From Phoronis australis (lineage: Eukaryota > Animalia > Phoronida): 64,000 nucleotides of DNA. How positions within the stretch are numbered: the stretch's first letter is position 1; every line of letters begins with the position of its first letter. Both the position numbers and the translations under genes were made by a program. Positions 12,991 through 26,866 of the stretch are shown one piece after another. The stretch lies in the NCBI GenBank assembly GCA_002633005.1, contig NMRA01000160.1:502277-566276 (forward strand), given 5' to 3'. The notes beneath the pieces were generated by a model. The model did not search any database and was not told the origin of the DNA. It saw only the letters and a list, made by a program, of their open reading frames with translations.

Positions 12991-15900
12991 GTAAGTATGC
13001 AAGGCTAGACATCGTTGGCTTCTTATTTAGCATAACAGCAAGCAGGTCAGTCTGTGGTTCTGTCTTTTTCGGCGTTAAAGACCATCAGTACGTCCAATCT
13101 ACTTATTTTCTGCCTATTGAATGTTTTGTAACCTGTCGAAAATAATCTGTGAAACGTTGCCCTAGCCGAAAGACGTATTGATGCACGGGAACAATTCACT
13201 GCAAATTAACACACAACGTGGGATATGCTGTTTACGTATTCAGTACATTTATTAGTTTTTCATGAACTGAAAAGCCTCGAAAGAATTCCCGACTCCGTGC
13301 GGGTTTCCGTCGGGTAATACGAGTTTGTTCCTCAACACCTTCCTTGTACGGGCAAAATAGATCATAAAACGACACGTGACCCCGCCACGTGTGTTATTAG
13401 TGTTAGCTTTTTTTCGGAGGTATAAAACAAAGCCCGGGTTTGGTTTTGAAGTAGTAAGGGAAAGCAGGTTTTCTTGGAAACTGAATTTGTTGAGTAGGAT
13501 GAGAGTGTGACTCATGATATATGCTGCGCGTCAATTGGAGACCACGCGCTGTCGTTTTTAGTGCACTATGGTGGGCTCTTATAGCCTGAACTGTAGGCGC
13601 TTAGTTAGAAATTCTCAAAAGTTTAGTAGAGCTGTAAGTCCATAGGCAGCGAAGCACCGAAAAAGTGGGGGACTATAGCCTCCCAGCCCCCTATGATGGC
13701 TGCCCATGTTAGTGCTTATTATGAAACACTTCAACGGTAAGGAGTGGGCGCATGCGTGAACATACATGTAGTCGTTAAACCCGAATCTTTACGGTAATAA
13801 GATTATGAAAGACTGTAACAGTAAGAAATGTTATAATACGATTTTGCGAGGCAAACTCCATGGGGATGACTTTGTGGCTATCGTTAACACATACACTGTA
13901 TCCTCTTTAGCCACCCCGAATAATTTTGTATTTAATTGCCTGTTTCAGCCGGAACGCTACATGTAAATGTTGTTTCTATTCCTGTCTAAAAAAATTATGG
14001 CGTGGCCGGAGAGCGCAGAATAGGCGTGATGTATGAGAAGAATAAAAAGTTCGCTATTCACAATTTCACGTCTACCCGTTTAGCTGCAATAACTGCCTAC
14101 GGGCATAGAACAACGGGCCTAGGGAACGTCGACCCGGGGAAACATTGGAACAGGGAAATATCAGTTCTTCATTACACCGGTCCCCGGGAGGAATATCGCA
14201 AAGCATCGGGTTTTTTATAACCGCTGGAAATCTATGTTTATTGTCAAATAAGCCGTTGGGACCCGGCGCTTAACAAAACCAAGCCGGTGTACTCTTTAGT
14301 TAGGACTCGACCATTGCTGTTCTCTTTTGATGTGCAGCTTTGGAGTGATTCACACACGCCTGCACTTTACATTGACAACAACATGTCCGTGACAGACGAC
14401 TCGTATGTCGCGCACCTGTAGTCCCAAAAACAAGTAAATGGCTCGAGAATTTCTTAGCCACTCAAAACTACTCTGCTGAAAGTAAAGACGTTGTCGCTTG
14501 GCTATTAATAGGGTTTTCATCTTCACGTTTGCTGTCTTTTGCGATAAAAAACGAGACGCACATTTCCAAGTAGCTATCGTCTGCCTGGACCGCTTGCGCG
14601 CTAACAGAGGGTCCGGCCAGTGTTGCAGTGCGATATCAGGGATATTGTCGTGGATGTTTGATAATAAAAAAATCTTTCATGAACCACAAATTTAGCTAAG
14701 CTGAACGTTTAAGAATGAGGAACACCTATGTTTTGTGACGTTTCATCACGACTTTATGCCGTGGTCCAAAACTTTCTTCAGCGCATCCGTCCGAAAATTT
14801 ACAAAAGGAGCCAAAAATATTTAGCCAATGAAACGCGTCAAAGTTCGATTCTGCAATATCCCATGTTCGCGCGTCATGCTTACAAGTCATCGGGAGGACT
14901 GTTCTCTGTTAGTGTTCTTTTGAACTTGATTTTGCTATAACTAAATAACGGTGGGATTCACAGGAATTGCTTTACATTTGCCAGGTATCTACCGAGAAGT
15001 GTAAGAACTCAGCTCGCAAACGTTGGAAATTCCAGGTCGCATTCTGCGACTTGATATGAGCTGGCCAAAATCTGAACTCGCATTTACAACTTTCAGATCT
15101 CAAATGCGACCTGCAGCTCATTATGTCAAGGGCTAAACTATATGGATACGCAGTTAAACGCTTCTTATATACGAAAACTATCAAACGGTAATAATTTACG
15201 AACTGACTTTGTAGTTTTCATTTGGAGAAAATTCCCTCTGTTCCAAAAGAGAGTGTCTTATCAAACAATTCGTGCATTACCTATATTTAAAAAGGTTCTC
15301 TGTAAAACAAAGTGTGCAAAATGTGCCGAATTCTACACCTGTTTGCCACAAAACGCAAAGACGTACTTCGCAACTCAGACAGTGAAAAGTGCCCCACTTC
15401 AAAGTGTAAAATCGGATTTAATGCAAAAAGGGCATTTTGTGATTATTTTTGTTTAAGATTGGCATATTAGCGTTGACCAGTGGATGTAAAAGATCAGACT
15501 GATGTGTGTGTGATTTTATTATAAAGACTTCAAGTTAATGTTGACTGAGGCGGTGACCCAAAAACTATGTATTCTTTTTATTGATTTTTTGGCAAAAGCC
15601 TAAAATCACTTTTGAAAAGCTCCTGATGTTTCCAATTATTAACTAATTAATTGAGTCAATCTCTCGCTGAGTGTTAAAGAATTTCGGTCAATCTCGGCTA
15701 GGCTGTGGCATAATTATACAAGAATTGCTTTTTTTACCAAATCGCTTTGAAAACCTGATAACTTTGAATAGCTTTTTGGGAGGGGAGTTGGATAATTATT
15801 ACCTGAGCACCTTGTTGCTCAACATCATGCATGAGCTTTAAAAGTTACATGTCGAGAAAAGTTAGACACGTAACCCGACTGTAAATAACTTGCGATTGAG

Positions 15901-17627
15901 GCGCTACCTGAGGGCAAGTGGCCTTAGATTTCAAAACAACAGAAAAGCTTAGTACTCACTTAAGAAAATCGATTTGTGTCGTGAATGCGGATCTGCATTT
16001 TATGAATGCTTCGTTGTCGCCGATTAAATCAATTTGAAGCAAAAATATATTGTAATGTTCATGACTGCACCGACTAAAAACAGGAGTGTTTTAGACAATT
16101 TATTTTTCGTGTAGGGACACCCTTTCTGTGAGAGACACTTTAGTTAAAAGGACGGATCTTTTAAAATGGTCTGGGTGAAGTTTGACGAATTCCGAACACA
16201 AAGGCTGGATATCAAAGAAGAAATACTAGACGAAAGATACAAAAATTCCCTACAGAAATCCAAAGAATATCTACATGTCCCTTTAAATGCGTGTGATCCT
16301 AATATGTAACACTTGATTGAGAACAAGAACATTATTTCGAATATAGGCGTGTGTGTGAGTGCGTGAGACAGTTATGTGGCATGCGGTACGACAGCTAGGC
16401 GGAGGCGAGGAATTCACACCTTGTCTGACCAGGAAACATCGGCCTGCTGGTACGGAAATAATATTGTCATGGCTTCGGAGATCGTGTAGTGTGTGATTGT
16501 CACCTGTGAAATCCAGTGATTATTTTTGGGCAAAATAATGCAACATTTCTGTCGTCACTATTATCAGTTGTTCTTCTATTGTGGTCTCTATCCCGCAACC
16601 GTCTTTGACTAATTTAGTTATCGATTCCCATGAAGGAGAATAACATTGCTAGTCATACAGTGTATGTTTAGAAAACCCATTGTACTTGTTCGGCTGCATT
16701 AAGCTACCACTGCTGCACATACACAGGTACATACATACACAGGTACATTTAGGCCCAGGGGGAGAGTACAGATCGACCAAGTCATGCGTCCAAAGGTCTG
16801 TATAGGAGCGAAAAAGCTCGACCTTCAAGTAAACTGCGGGGATGCGCTTCTCAGTCCCGAAAACAAAGAAACACAATTAGCGTTTAACCATATCTTATCT
16901 ATTCAAGTCTCTGGCAATTGGGGGAAGGCTTTTTTCTTTTTATTTCAGGGCATCAGGAACTTCAGCATTTTTTGCGCCTGGGGGACCAGAATTTTATAGT
17001 ACGAAATTTTAAGGTGAATTTATGGTGCTGTACCTGTAAAATGGCTGGCATAGTTGAGGGTGATGGAGTTTCACTTTTAATAAATTGCCAACAAGAACAT
17101 CGCTAAATGCAGGATATTAATTTAGGATGTCTCTCGAGTGACGGAACTCCTGTTCGTTCACTCTGTAGGTACAGAAGGTGGGCTGTTATCTCGGCATAAT
17201 TTTATTACCGTTTTCTTTATCGGTTACAGGGGCTAGTGCTCAGGCACACCCCTGTCTTCTCGTAGTTGTGTTTTACCGCATAGTCAGACGCTCTCATTAG
17301 CATTCTTTTCTCGTGAACATAATTTTCACCCTACTTATATTTCTTTTTTACCCCTCTGCAATATTTTTCTTTTGCGAATCTTGACAAATTTAAATATTTA
17401 GGTCTTATTTCCCCCAGTGTTGATTTCAAAATGCACACAGATCACTTTGATCACAAAGGAATTGTGGAAGAAAGTGGGTGTCCTTAAGCACATTAGGAAT
17501 TATTTCTGAACGTTTACATCCGTAAGACACCCTACCACACCATTCAGTATTCAGACCCATGAATATCGTGTACTGGTTTGTGACCACACCAGAGAAACAC
17601 TCACGCTGAACAAAAAGCAGGTAGCCC

Positions 17628-18026
17628 AGGGATCTGTTTCATGAAAAGAGACTTAAGACAGAATTTGGTCTTACGCTTCCACTTCACTGGGGCGGATCCA
17701 AGATTTTGAGTTGGGGGGCAGGGCAGAGTATTAGCCATGATTTTGCCCGTCAGACATTCGCACCCCCGAACTGCCAGGAGAATTTTAGGGGGGCATGGCC
17801 AACTCGCCCCCCACCCTCCCTAAATCCGCCACTGCTTCACAATTGCAGAATAAAGGTTTAGCCAACTGTAAAGGCATCACGCTCAATAACTAGCAGTTAT
17901 GTGTATATTCTCGGGCTTTGCACTTTTCCTTAGGTGAGATTGAATTATTCTCCATAAATAGTTGAGTGGAATGTAAGACCAAATGTCTTCCTCAAGTCTT
18001 TAGTTATTTTTCATGGAACAAAGCCC
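17628..18026. mobile_element. MITE with long degenerate TIRs, hosting a nested family A MITE; a related element follows at ~18091-18664
   Basis: gggatctgtttcatgaaaag...ttggtcttacgcttccact is inverted relative to agtggaatgtaagaccaa...tttttcatggaacaaagccc. The second copy starts gggggtctctttcatgaaaag and ends tttcataaaacagactcc. Confidence 0.55.
17687..17834 (-). mobile_element. MITE family A copy with 5-bp TSD CTTCA
   Basis: ctggggcggat...atccgccactg, flanked by cttca at 17682-17686 and 17835-17839. Confidence 0.85.
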
Positions 18027-19202
18027 ACATGTAGAAGAGAAGCGGCAAAGGCTATTCTGGGTGTAGTGATGTGCACTCTGGTTATTGACCGGGGGTCTCT
18101 TTCATGAAAAGTAAGACGATTTAACAATCGATTCAGAAATTTGGTCTTCCTCTCCACTGAGCTATTTTTGAAAATTAATTAAATCTAAAAATTGCTCTCC
18201 TGTCATTTACGAGTGTTTTTGAAAATAATTAGAGTCATTCTTTATCAGATATGCTTTCTTTTATTTATTTACGTGTGTCTGTTGAGAGCGTCTCGCGTGA
18301 TCGTATTTCGTTGCCGCGACTTCTACCGATAACTTCGACGAAGCTTCGCTTTGACTGTTACCACTACACCGAAATTTCGGTGAGTACCGAAGCTTCGCTT
18401 TTAAATCCTGCTATTTTAAGCGAAGTTTCGCTTGCAGATTAACTTAGAGTTAACCTTTCCCACTTACCGAAACTTCTAACGGGAAAGCACCTTGTGAAAG
18501 TACATTCTCTGACTGGTATTTACCGAGTTAATTTATTTTAATTATTTCTAGGCTGTGATATGTTTATAATTACACTACTGATTCTTTATTCAGTGATTTT
18601 GAAGTGGGAACCTATGATCAAACTTTTCACTAAGTCTTGAGTCACGTTTCATAAAACAGACTCCTATACTCCAAACTGGTGCTAACGGCAGTAGAACAAT
18701 GAAGCACGATATTATCTGTTGGTTTGCTGCATGCTCAGCTGTGTCAATGGTTTGGCTACATTTTATCGTAGCCACACATTGAGTGATTGCCTACGTAGAC
18801 AATCCTACCCTATCCAATGATGCGACTAAAATTGTATTTTTGAAGGAGGTTATAACTGAGACAGGCTGGTAACAATACATTTGCAAGTGCTGGTACAAGG
18901 AATTCTTACTACTATCTCATTCTATGAATGCATTCAAAAATCTATTATTTAACAGTGTCTGTGATTCAATTTTTGTCTTTTGCTAAATCGTGATTCATTG
19001 TAAATATAGCCATTATTTATTTCCTCTTGTCACATATTTACAACATGTCTTCTAATCTATTGTTATTAGGAAGTTCAATACCTGTTCTAATTTTCCGTAT
19101 CATATTGTACAGTAGTATTGTATTAGATCGTGAGAGCCATCTAGGAAAGCGTTGTAACTGAAAAAGGCAACCTTCGTTTTAAGTATTACTACAAAGTTTC
19201 GG

Positions 19203-20120
19203 TTCGCCCCTATCGAGCGCGTCGACAATTTTAAGTACTTGGGTCTTATTTTAGACCCCAATCTTATAATTAACATGCACATACATTACATCACAAAGAA
19301 ATTGTCAAGGAAAATCGGCGTACTTAAACGTCTATGTAAATTTCTTAATGTCAGCAGCCTTAAGACACTTTACCATTCTATACAGTCCCATATTGATTAT
19401 TGCCTTACCGGTTTGGGGACTACACACTTGTAAACAAAGCCTAGGTAATCCAAAATAGAACCGTCAGGGCTATGTCGGGTACTAGAATTAGGGGCACCGA
19501 GACCCGGGTCGACGACTTGTACTCCAAGTTTGGTTTTATGAAAGTAAACCAAGGAAGTATCTCTCTGTCTGTTGTATGTACAGATGTGTCAATGGCTTAG
19601 CTCCAACATATCTCAGCCGCAAATGTAGTAGCAGTCAAGCTGTATACTCTACACGTTCTTCCGTTGCTGGCAGTGTTTCATTTAAAAAATCGAAACATAC
19701 CGGCAAGACATCTTTCATTTATGGTGCTGCTGCAATATGAAACTCTTAGCCCATAAATGAGCCCAATATTCAATTAAGGCTTTCAACTTTAATATACAAA
19801 GTGGCTGTAATTTATTTGCCCGTTCTTACACGTATACCTGTCTTAATTATGTCATATTCATCACTGTAAATATTCTCACTATTTATTATCATCTTTTAAT
19901 TTAATTTCATGTCTGTTAGTCTAATTTCATCATCCTTCGTCATTTATTTTTTTATTATCTGAATTCTCAACCTGTTTTAATTGTTGCTTTGTTACCTGTA
20001 TTTAATTATTGTTTTGCTACTTTATTGTATTGCATTGTACTCAGTTACGTTTTGTTGTTGAGGGCCTTCTTAGAAAGCAGTGCAGACACCCTCATTTTAA
20101 ATATTACAATAAATTAATAA
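19203..20120 (+). mobile_element. 5'-truncated, decayed CR1/L2-group LINE (3' end of ORF2 plus 3' UTR)
   Basis: Translates as IERVDNFKYLGLILDPNL..HIHYITKKLSRKIGVLKRL..LKTLYHSIQSHIDYC..QNR..MYRCVNGLAPTYLS..TSFIYGAA, with frameshifts and stops. This is the typical RT C-terminus of the CR1/L2 clade. An AT-rich UTR ends in aataaattaataaa. Confidence 0.8.
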
Positions 20121-22751
20121 AAGATAAACGCAAGCGCATTTTATTCTTATGAACAACCATTTTTTCTTACGGAAAGGTGCTGGTCAGTTAGTTTAGTGGT
20201 CGTGAGAAAAGGAAGCTGTCATGGAGAACGCCTGGAGAGCGTTCCGTAGACCAAGATTTTTTGTCGGAAAAGCGAAATCTTGCAAGACCGCAAAATCACG
20301 CGATTGTTTCGCAAGTATGCTTAGGCTTACAAGCCTATCCTAGAAAAATGACAGCCACTGAAGTGACTAGTCAGTGAAGAGTCGGTTGAGATGTTTCTGT
20401 TACGTAAGTGAAAATTTCAACGCTATCGTCTTGCGGTCTGCGGAAAGCAACGGTTCGCAACCCCGTTCTATTCATGTGAGGGAAGAATATGGCTATCCTG
20501 TTCTCCTTCCTCGCGTTTTTCTGCCTCAAGTGACGTGTTTTGGTGACAGTTTGCTCCCGAGCACATCCTGCGCGTCACGAGGTGATGACAAGTTAGGAGT
20601 CGCTTCATCTCCTTCGTTATGACCGGCTGATGGGTGATTATTGGTAATTATAATGTCCTTTACTTTAATTGTCCCTTCATGTTAAAACAATTTTCTGTCA
20701 ATTTTGATCTTCATTTTTTCATTGATCATTTGCCAGTTTAATTCCTTTTTGTGCTTTGCAAAGGCTTTTTATTTGAAGTAACGTAATATGCAGAATTGAG
20801 CAACAATTTATCATATTCATTGCGCCACATCTTAAATGTCAATTGTCATATAGTGCTTGATTTTACTTTATTTCTGTTTCTGTTGACGAAGGATGTTATT
20901 ATATCCGAAAATTTCAGTTGATCCATTCTTGTTGTTTTATCCTATTCTGCAGAATTGAAACAAGGTAACAGTGATTTGTCCACGTTACACGGACATACTA
21001 GTTATTTGAAAGAACACAACATTTGTAAAGGGGAAAAAAGTTTTTCTTGTATCGCACAATGAGTGCAATTGTAAAGTGTAGATTACTAGATAATCAACCG
21101 GTGTTGGTAGCGGATTTGTGTACTAAGTACAGACATGTTCATCTTACATTTATGTGTACGTGCTGAGTTGGTAATCGCTGTCTCTATACATGTACGTGTT
21201 GTGAATTATCAACTAGTTTAATTGGTTTTAACTTAACTATCTAAGCATTTTTATAACCTCTTGTCAACACGCGATAGCTCTTTAATTTTGACAAAGCAAA
21301 TTTATTTTTCTGCCAAATCGTGTCGCTTTTCTCCATCCACATGGTATTAGTACCGAATTAGGACCGAATACGCAATTTCTTTTGTATTCGCAAAATTGTC
21401 AGTCCGTTTTATATCGTTTTCCTCATCCACAAGAATCAGCAAGACGCCAGCGTTTTCTAGGTGCACACGAGTGCTGTGAAAATGACGTTTAAAATAACAC
21501 CCTTTCGAAAAGTTTCGTTTGAGTTTTAAATGGATACCTTAGATCGTAGGGCTTCTCAAGTGTATGGGGCCTAAGCTTTTTCTGCTTCAACTACGTCTGT
21601 CATACAAGTTCACGTGAACATGAAACATTTCTACAATGCCTGTCACATACTCTTGTTTTTCTACCGGTTAACAGTGGGTAACCTAGAAATTCTCAAATCC
21701 TCTCTGAAAGCCGCGTTTATTCTCCAGCAACGTTACCATAATTACTTAGACTTTTCCCTGAGAGTAGTATTCTCCAGCAATCAAGTGATTTGGGGTTAAT
21801 TACCCCAAAGGTCACCACATTACATGAGGGTATTAACCGCATGGTTTGGTGTTATAGGGCTCTGAGGTCAATTGAAGGGGCCCCAAGGACACCACCTCGG
21901 CGTTAGATGTTCTTTCGAGATTCACCGTGGTGTTACCCCCAACGTCGGAAAATAGGACAAGTCAAGGGAAGTGCGAGGAAAACACTATAGGGGTTATGTA
22001 GTTCATCACAGCTGAAGCGTGAAGTACTGAAAGAACATCCAAGATAATTTAAGATGCGGATCCAATCTAAAATTGACCCGATCTCCACGTAATGAAGACG
22101 CTGTCGACAAAAAGTCGTCCCGTGATCAAGTATGTCGTGAAGCCTGATTGACGTGTTGGTTGCAACGTATTTTCCATCTCGGTTGTATTATTAACGAAGT
22201 TAAGGCAATGCAGGGCCTTAGCAACGAGTCGCTGTATTTAGCCAAATATTTATAAAACTGTAGATGTTAACTCAGTTAAAGTTTGTATTTCCTGAAAGTG
22301 GAAAGCCTCAGTGTAGGATTTTATTTTTGACTTGTAAATTTTCAAGATGGCATCTCAAAAACGTTGTTACACTTCTCTAAAATATCATTTTCGTTTAATG
22401 CAACTTTCGATTTTTTTCACGAAAATCATATTAAGAATAGGCCTACTAATGTACTTGTATACTGTATTGTTTATTGTGTCGTGTGAATTGTAAATACCCA
22501 TGCTAGAGAAAATAAAAATACTTAGCCGAAAAAAAACAAAAAAAAGAATAGGCCTACTATTTTTATAACCCCTCGTGTAAAATAAAAACAAGACGTTTTA
22601 AAAACAATTCCTGATACTGTATTTTAGTGCAGTTCGTAAAGCATATAGTATATGACAGTTTCACATGCTTCTGGTTTTCAATTTCTGATATTTGACGTTC
22701 CGAAGTTAGCTAAATTTCCAGTGCATTTTCTAGGGTCCTACGTAGCGATAA

Positions 22752-24060
22752 GTGTCCAGCTGTTACAGCAACTGGACAATATCACGGAACTTCGGTTTCG
22801 TTTTCTCTAAAGATGCTTTCTCGATACCTTAATATGAAAATTATCTCTTGTTTCCCAACTACGGGCGCGTTTCGGTATCCTGGGCCTACCGCGATCATGG
22901 GTAAATCTCACGAGAGTATTGTGTGCCGTTATTTATGCAAGTTTAATATGGGTGAACGAAGGACCCAATGTCAGCCGAGAGATTGAAAACGACTAAAAGT
23001 TAATTTAAGGGAGTGTCAGCCCAATTTCCCAAGAAGCCACAAAGAAGTGGTTGTATTATGACATTAATTTCTAAAAAATGATTATTTTTTATTTCAAATT
23101 ACAGATTACTGAATTTAGTTTGATTTTTTAGATTAGTTTTTATTTTTGGTGGTGCACCACCGCTTTAAAAGGATACTAAACACTTTTGATGATTTAAGCC
23201 AATCCTCGTTCTGTCACCTGTTAATGCATCATTGGCGTCAGTCTTAAAGGATAAAAGCAGGAATCAGCTAAAAACTCACACTCCAAATGTCAGAGATTGG
23301 ATATTATGATTCTTGGTGGGTGGTCTTTCCCCACATTTGCCATGTCGCTAATAGCGTAGGTCACGCTTACTCTTTTGGCAGACTTTGAAAAGAGTTTTCA
23401 AAATGTCCTCCAAACTTTTGAGGGTTGTATGGGGTTATAGAAAATTATTTTGTTTCAGAGAATTGGATATATGAGTCGTTTTTAATATCTGTTAATAGGC
23501 CAAAACAGGAAATGGTATCCTTTTAAATGGCTGTCGTAGGTCAGTGAATAACAACTGACTCCTGCATTATGGGTAATCTGTACCGTCGTTCTTATTCTAT
23601 TGATCAAAAAGTTTGAGAACAAAAACTATGGTTGCTTGCGTTTTTATCCCAGATTTCTTAGAATGAAACAGCAATGCCCGGAAAAATTACGCGGCGAATG
23701 CATTCTTGCGCCGATTGTCTAACGGAACCCAGGTTCTTTGTTTTTCGAGTGGCCATCTTAGTTTACGAAATCTTTGATATCTATTTCCATTATGCAGGCG
23801 TGAACTCATTCCCCACCGGCAGTTGAGATCCACTCCAGGAACTGCCCTTTGGCAGTTCACGTCCGCCTTAGACGGATTCGGAACAATTCCGTTTCCAAAC
23901 TACTCAACAAAGTAAGCATACCATCTGTTTTGGTCCTATTTGAAAAAAATGCACAATTCATACAGTAATACAAGTGCGCTTCCTCTGCGGAATCTCGAAT
24001 GGGCAAAAGACAGTGCTGTATTCAACTGCACATGGCCACAGCTTATTGCCAACAGTTGTG
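22752..24060 (+). pseudogene. Probable decayed multi-exon gene of unknown family
   Basis: Phase-compatible GT-AG exons: 22752-22900 (internal TAA at 22830), 23798-23911 and 23966-24060. The 5' end abuts a transposon fragment. Confidence 0.4.
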
Positions 24061-26866
24061 GTAAGTGTAAAATTCTTGGAAATTTGATTTTACTGTAATC
24101 TTAGTTAGTTTCGTCCTAGTATGAAAGAATGTGTCTTTAAGAACGAGAAAACGCAAGTAAAATATAAAAGTTAAACATTACTGATAAATTAGTGACGGTT
24201 CACGATTTCAAGGAGTATCATAAGATGAGATTGAAATTTTAAGAGGAATGTTTCTGGCACCTTTCATTTGATCGAGTTTCCTATTATTATGCTGGCAGTA
24301 GGTTACAAGTGTAAAAACACAAAAAATGAAGCATCACCTGTCATTAACTTGAAGCGACCCTATTTTGGACGAAATAGCTAACTCTGTCAAAAGGTATCAT
24401 AATGCCGCTTTTTCGTCCATTTTATTTGTTGACGCCACGAATGTGTTCGGGCAGGGAGTCCTGTTTTAAAGGTTGAAATGTTTTGGACATATTTTTGCAT
24501 GTTTGGCAATTTTCCGTTTAGGGAGTGATAAATTCTACTTTAAGATGAGTATCACTGGATAACAGAGGTATAAAATTTACTACACACATGTAGTTCAGAC
24601 TGGTAGGAGAATTAATTTCGTGACTGCAATTGTTTTGTCGTAAGGAGGAATGGAATCCACCTTTCTCAAACTATTCATTTTGTGACTCTCGTATGTAGCT
24701 GAACTTTTTCTTAAAATCGGGTTCTTTCTAGGTATAAAAATTCCTTAATACGATCTGCATCAGACCCTGTCAAGAATAAACACGAGCATGAATGAAGAAA
24801 TGTGTGCGCTTGTTGAATTTCTTCTAAATTAAGGGTTGAAGCGGAAGCTGAGTTTACTTTTTTGAGTGATTTGTTTGATTCTGAAGTTTCTGTGACTAAC
24901 ATGAACGGCTTGACTACCCAGGTTTTGGAACAATTGGTAATCACCGTGTAGGGGGGAGACCCAAGCTGAAGGGCACTAATCACAAGTATATATCTCACCG
25001 TTGCAATATCGGACTACTGACATCACATATATATCACGTTACTACTATTTCCAGTCGTAATTTTGCAGTTTTCATGTCAAACACGGTTTACGTGTGAAAT
25101 GTTTCTTTTCCGGACTATCTTAATACACAAATCTCCAGAAATGTTCACTTGGTTTCTCTTATCAAGGTTTACATGTACATATTCCAGGCTTTAAAGAGTA
25201 AGCGTCTTTACCTTATTCGGATACTTGTATTTGTTTAACATTATGACAATGTGTTATCCAGCACGATTTTTTGTACACATTAGTTATGACATTGTTATGG
25301 TTCAAAAGATTTTCCACAGATACTTTCATTGTATTTAATTCATGATTTTTTTAAATAAAGTCGAATCATTCGTGTACGACTGTCTATTATAGCGTTTGTG
25401 AAATACCGAAATGGCTCCTTTCAACTGCAGGGCGCATGCGCCATTATTCCTGCCCTGTGCCGAGTCGTGTAATTAATGGATGCACGTTTCAAACATTAAA
25501 TATATTTTAAGTATATTCACAACGAAACTGACAACTAGTAAAATCAAATATTCAACAACAATCACAATGTGAAAGTGGATAATCAAACCAAATAAGCCCT
25601 ACTCAGTGCTATCTGGCGAGCATTCTTTAACTTAAAGAACAATATCAGAGTGTTTAGGTCCCGGGTATGTCTTCCCATAATCGGTATTGGGGTGCTGCCG
25701 CACATTCAAAATTCCTGAACAATAAAATACCTCGGCGCGGACCGAGAAAATGGGCAACCGCGACAAAACCAAATAATGAAATCCGCCGTGGTCGCCACTT
25801 TTTTCATTTACGCATCCGCAAGGATACCGGGCAGCCGAATTACCCACCCGAGAGACGATACCTGATACCTGAGAGGGGAACATACGCACCGTAGTTGAGT
25901 CCCCAACCTATAGGAGAGCCCCTGGTTTCCGTGTACATCCTGACCTGCAAGATTTCACTTTTTGATCTATTGCACATATCTCCCTATTAAACTATTGTCG
26001 AATGTACTGGGGAACACTCCTAGTGTAGGAAACTGATTATTTGGTGTTGTCTTACAATATTCCAACACTGATTTCCCAAGGACATAGCAAGTACTTGTGC
26101 AGTTATGAAACTGCGTCGCGTCCAAAATTCACAGGTTCAATAAAAAATGGGTAAACGTTGTTCAAAAGGCACTTGATTCTCATAACAAAGAAATAATCAC
26201 ATAAATGCTAATTGCAAAAATAAAAACTTCATAACTCGTAGGCCAAAACTGGATGGATTTGTGAATCGTGAACAAAATGTCTGGCTATGTCCAAAAGTCC
26301 CTAGTTAACTACGGCTTGACCGCCATTTTGCAATGCGCTTCTTTCGTAGTTGACGGCAAAAAGTTTTGGTGACTCCTTGTTTTCCAGAGCAGTTTCAAGC
26401 TGTCCCAGCCAAAACGCGCGTCGTGGTCACTCAATTGGCGTTTTTCTCAATTGTCTCGTATCTGTAATTAATATGTCAGCGCGTCAAGTCCATCATTGCG
26501 TCATTAACTCACTCAGTGGTCGTAGGCTGGTTATTCCCTAATTGGTAGACTCGAATTACATTTACTCCGTCTCTTGATGCTGATGACAGATATTAATTAC
26601 TCAGTGTTGCACAGTTTGCGGTTAGACAAAATTACTGGAAATTTCTTTTAACCGAATGAGACTGATATTGTTATGAGCATTTTTTTTTTCTTGAACGCTG
26701 TGCTGTGACCGTTTTCTCCTTAATCTGAATTCAAGGTTTTGATGAAGTTGCCGGTGAGTGCTCCTTTCGAATTTTGGCGCCATTACACGTGAATTGTAAG
26801 TTCATTTCGCCGTAATTCAATGTCGAGTCATCACCATTGTATGAAATCGTCTGAGACCCATGTTAC

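Noticed and set aside
16166-16309. 47-aa charged ORF (MVWVKFDEFRTQRLDIKEEILDERYK...)
   Set aside because: Short, no phase-compatible link to the CCDC73-like gene, no recognisable homology.
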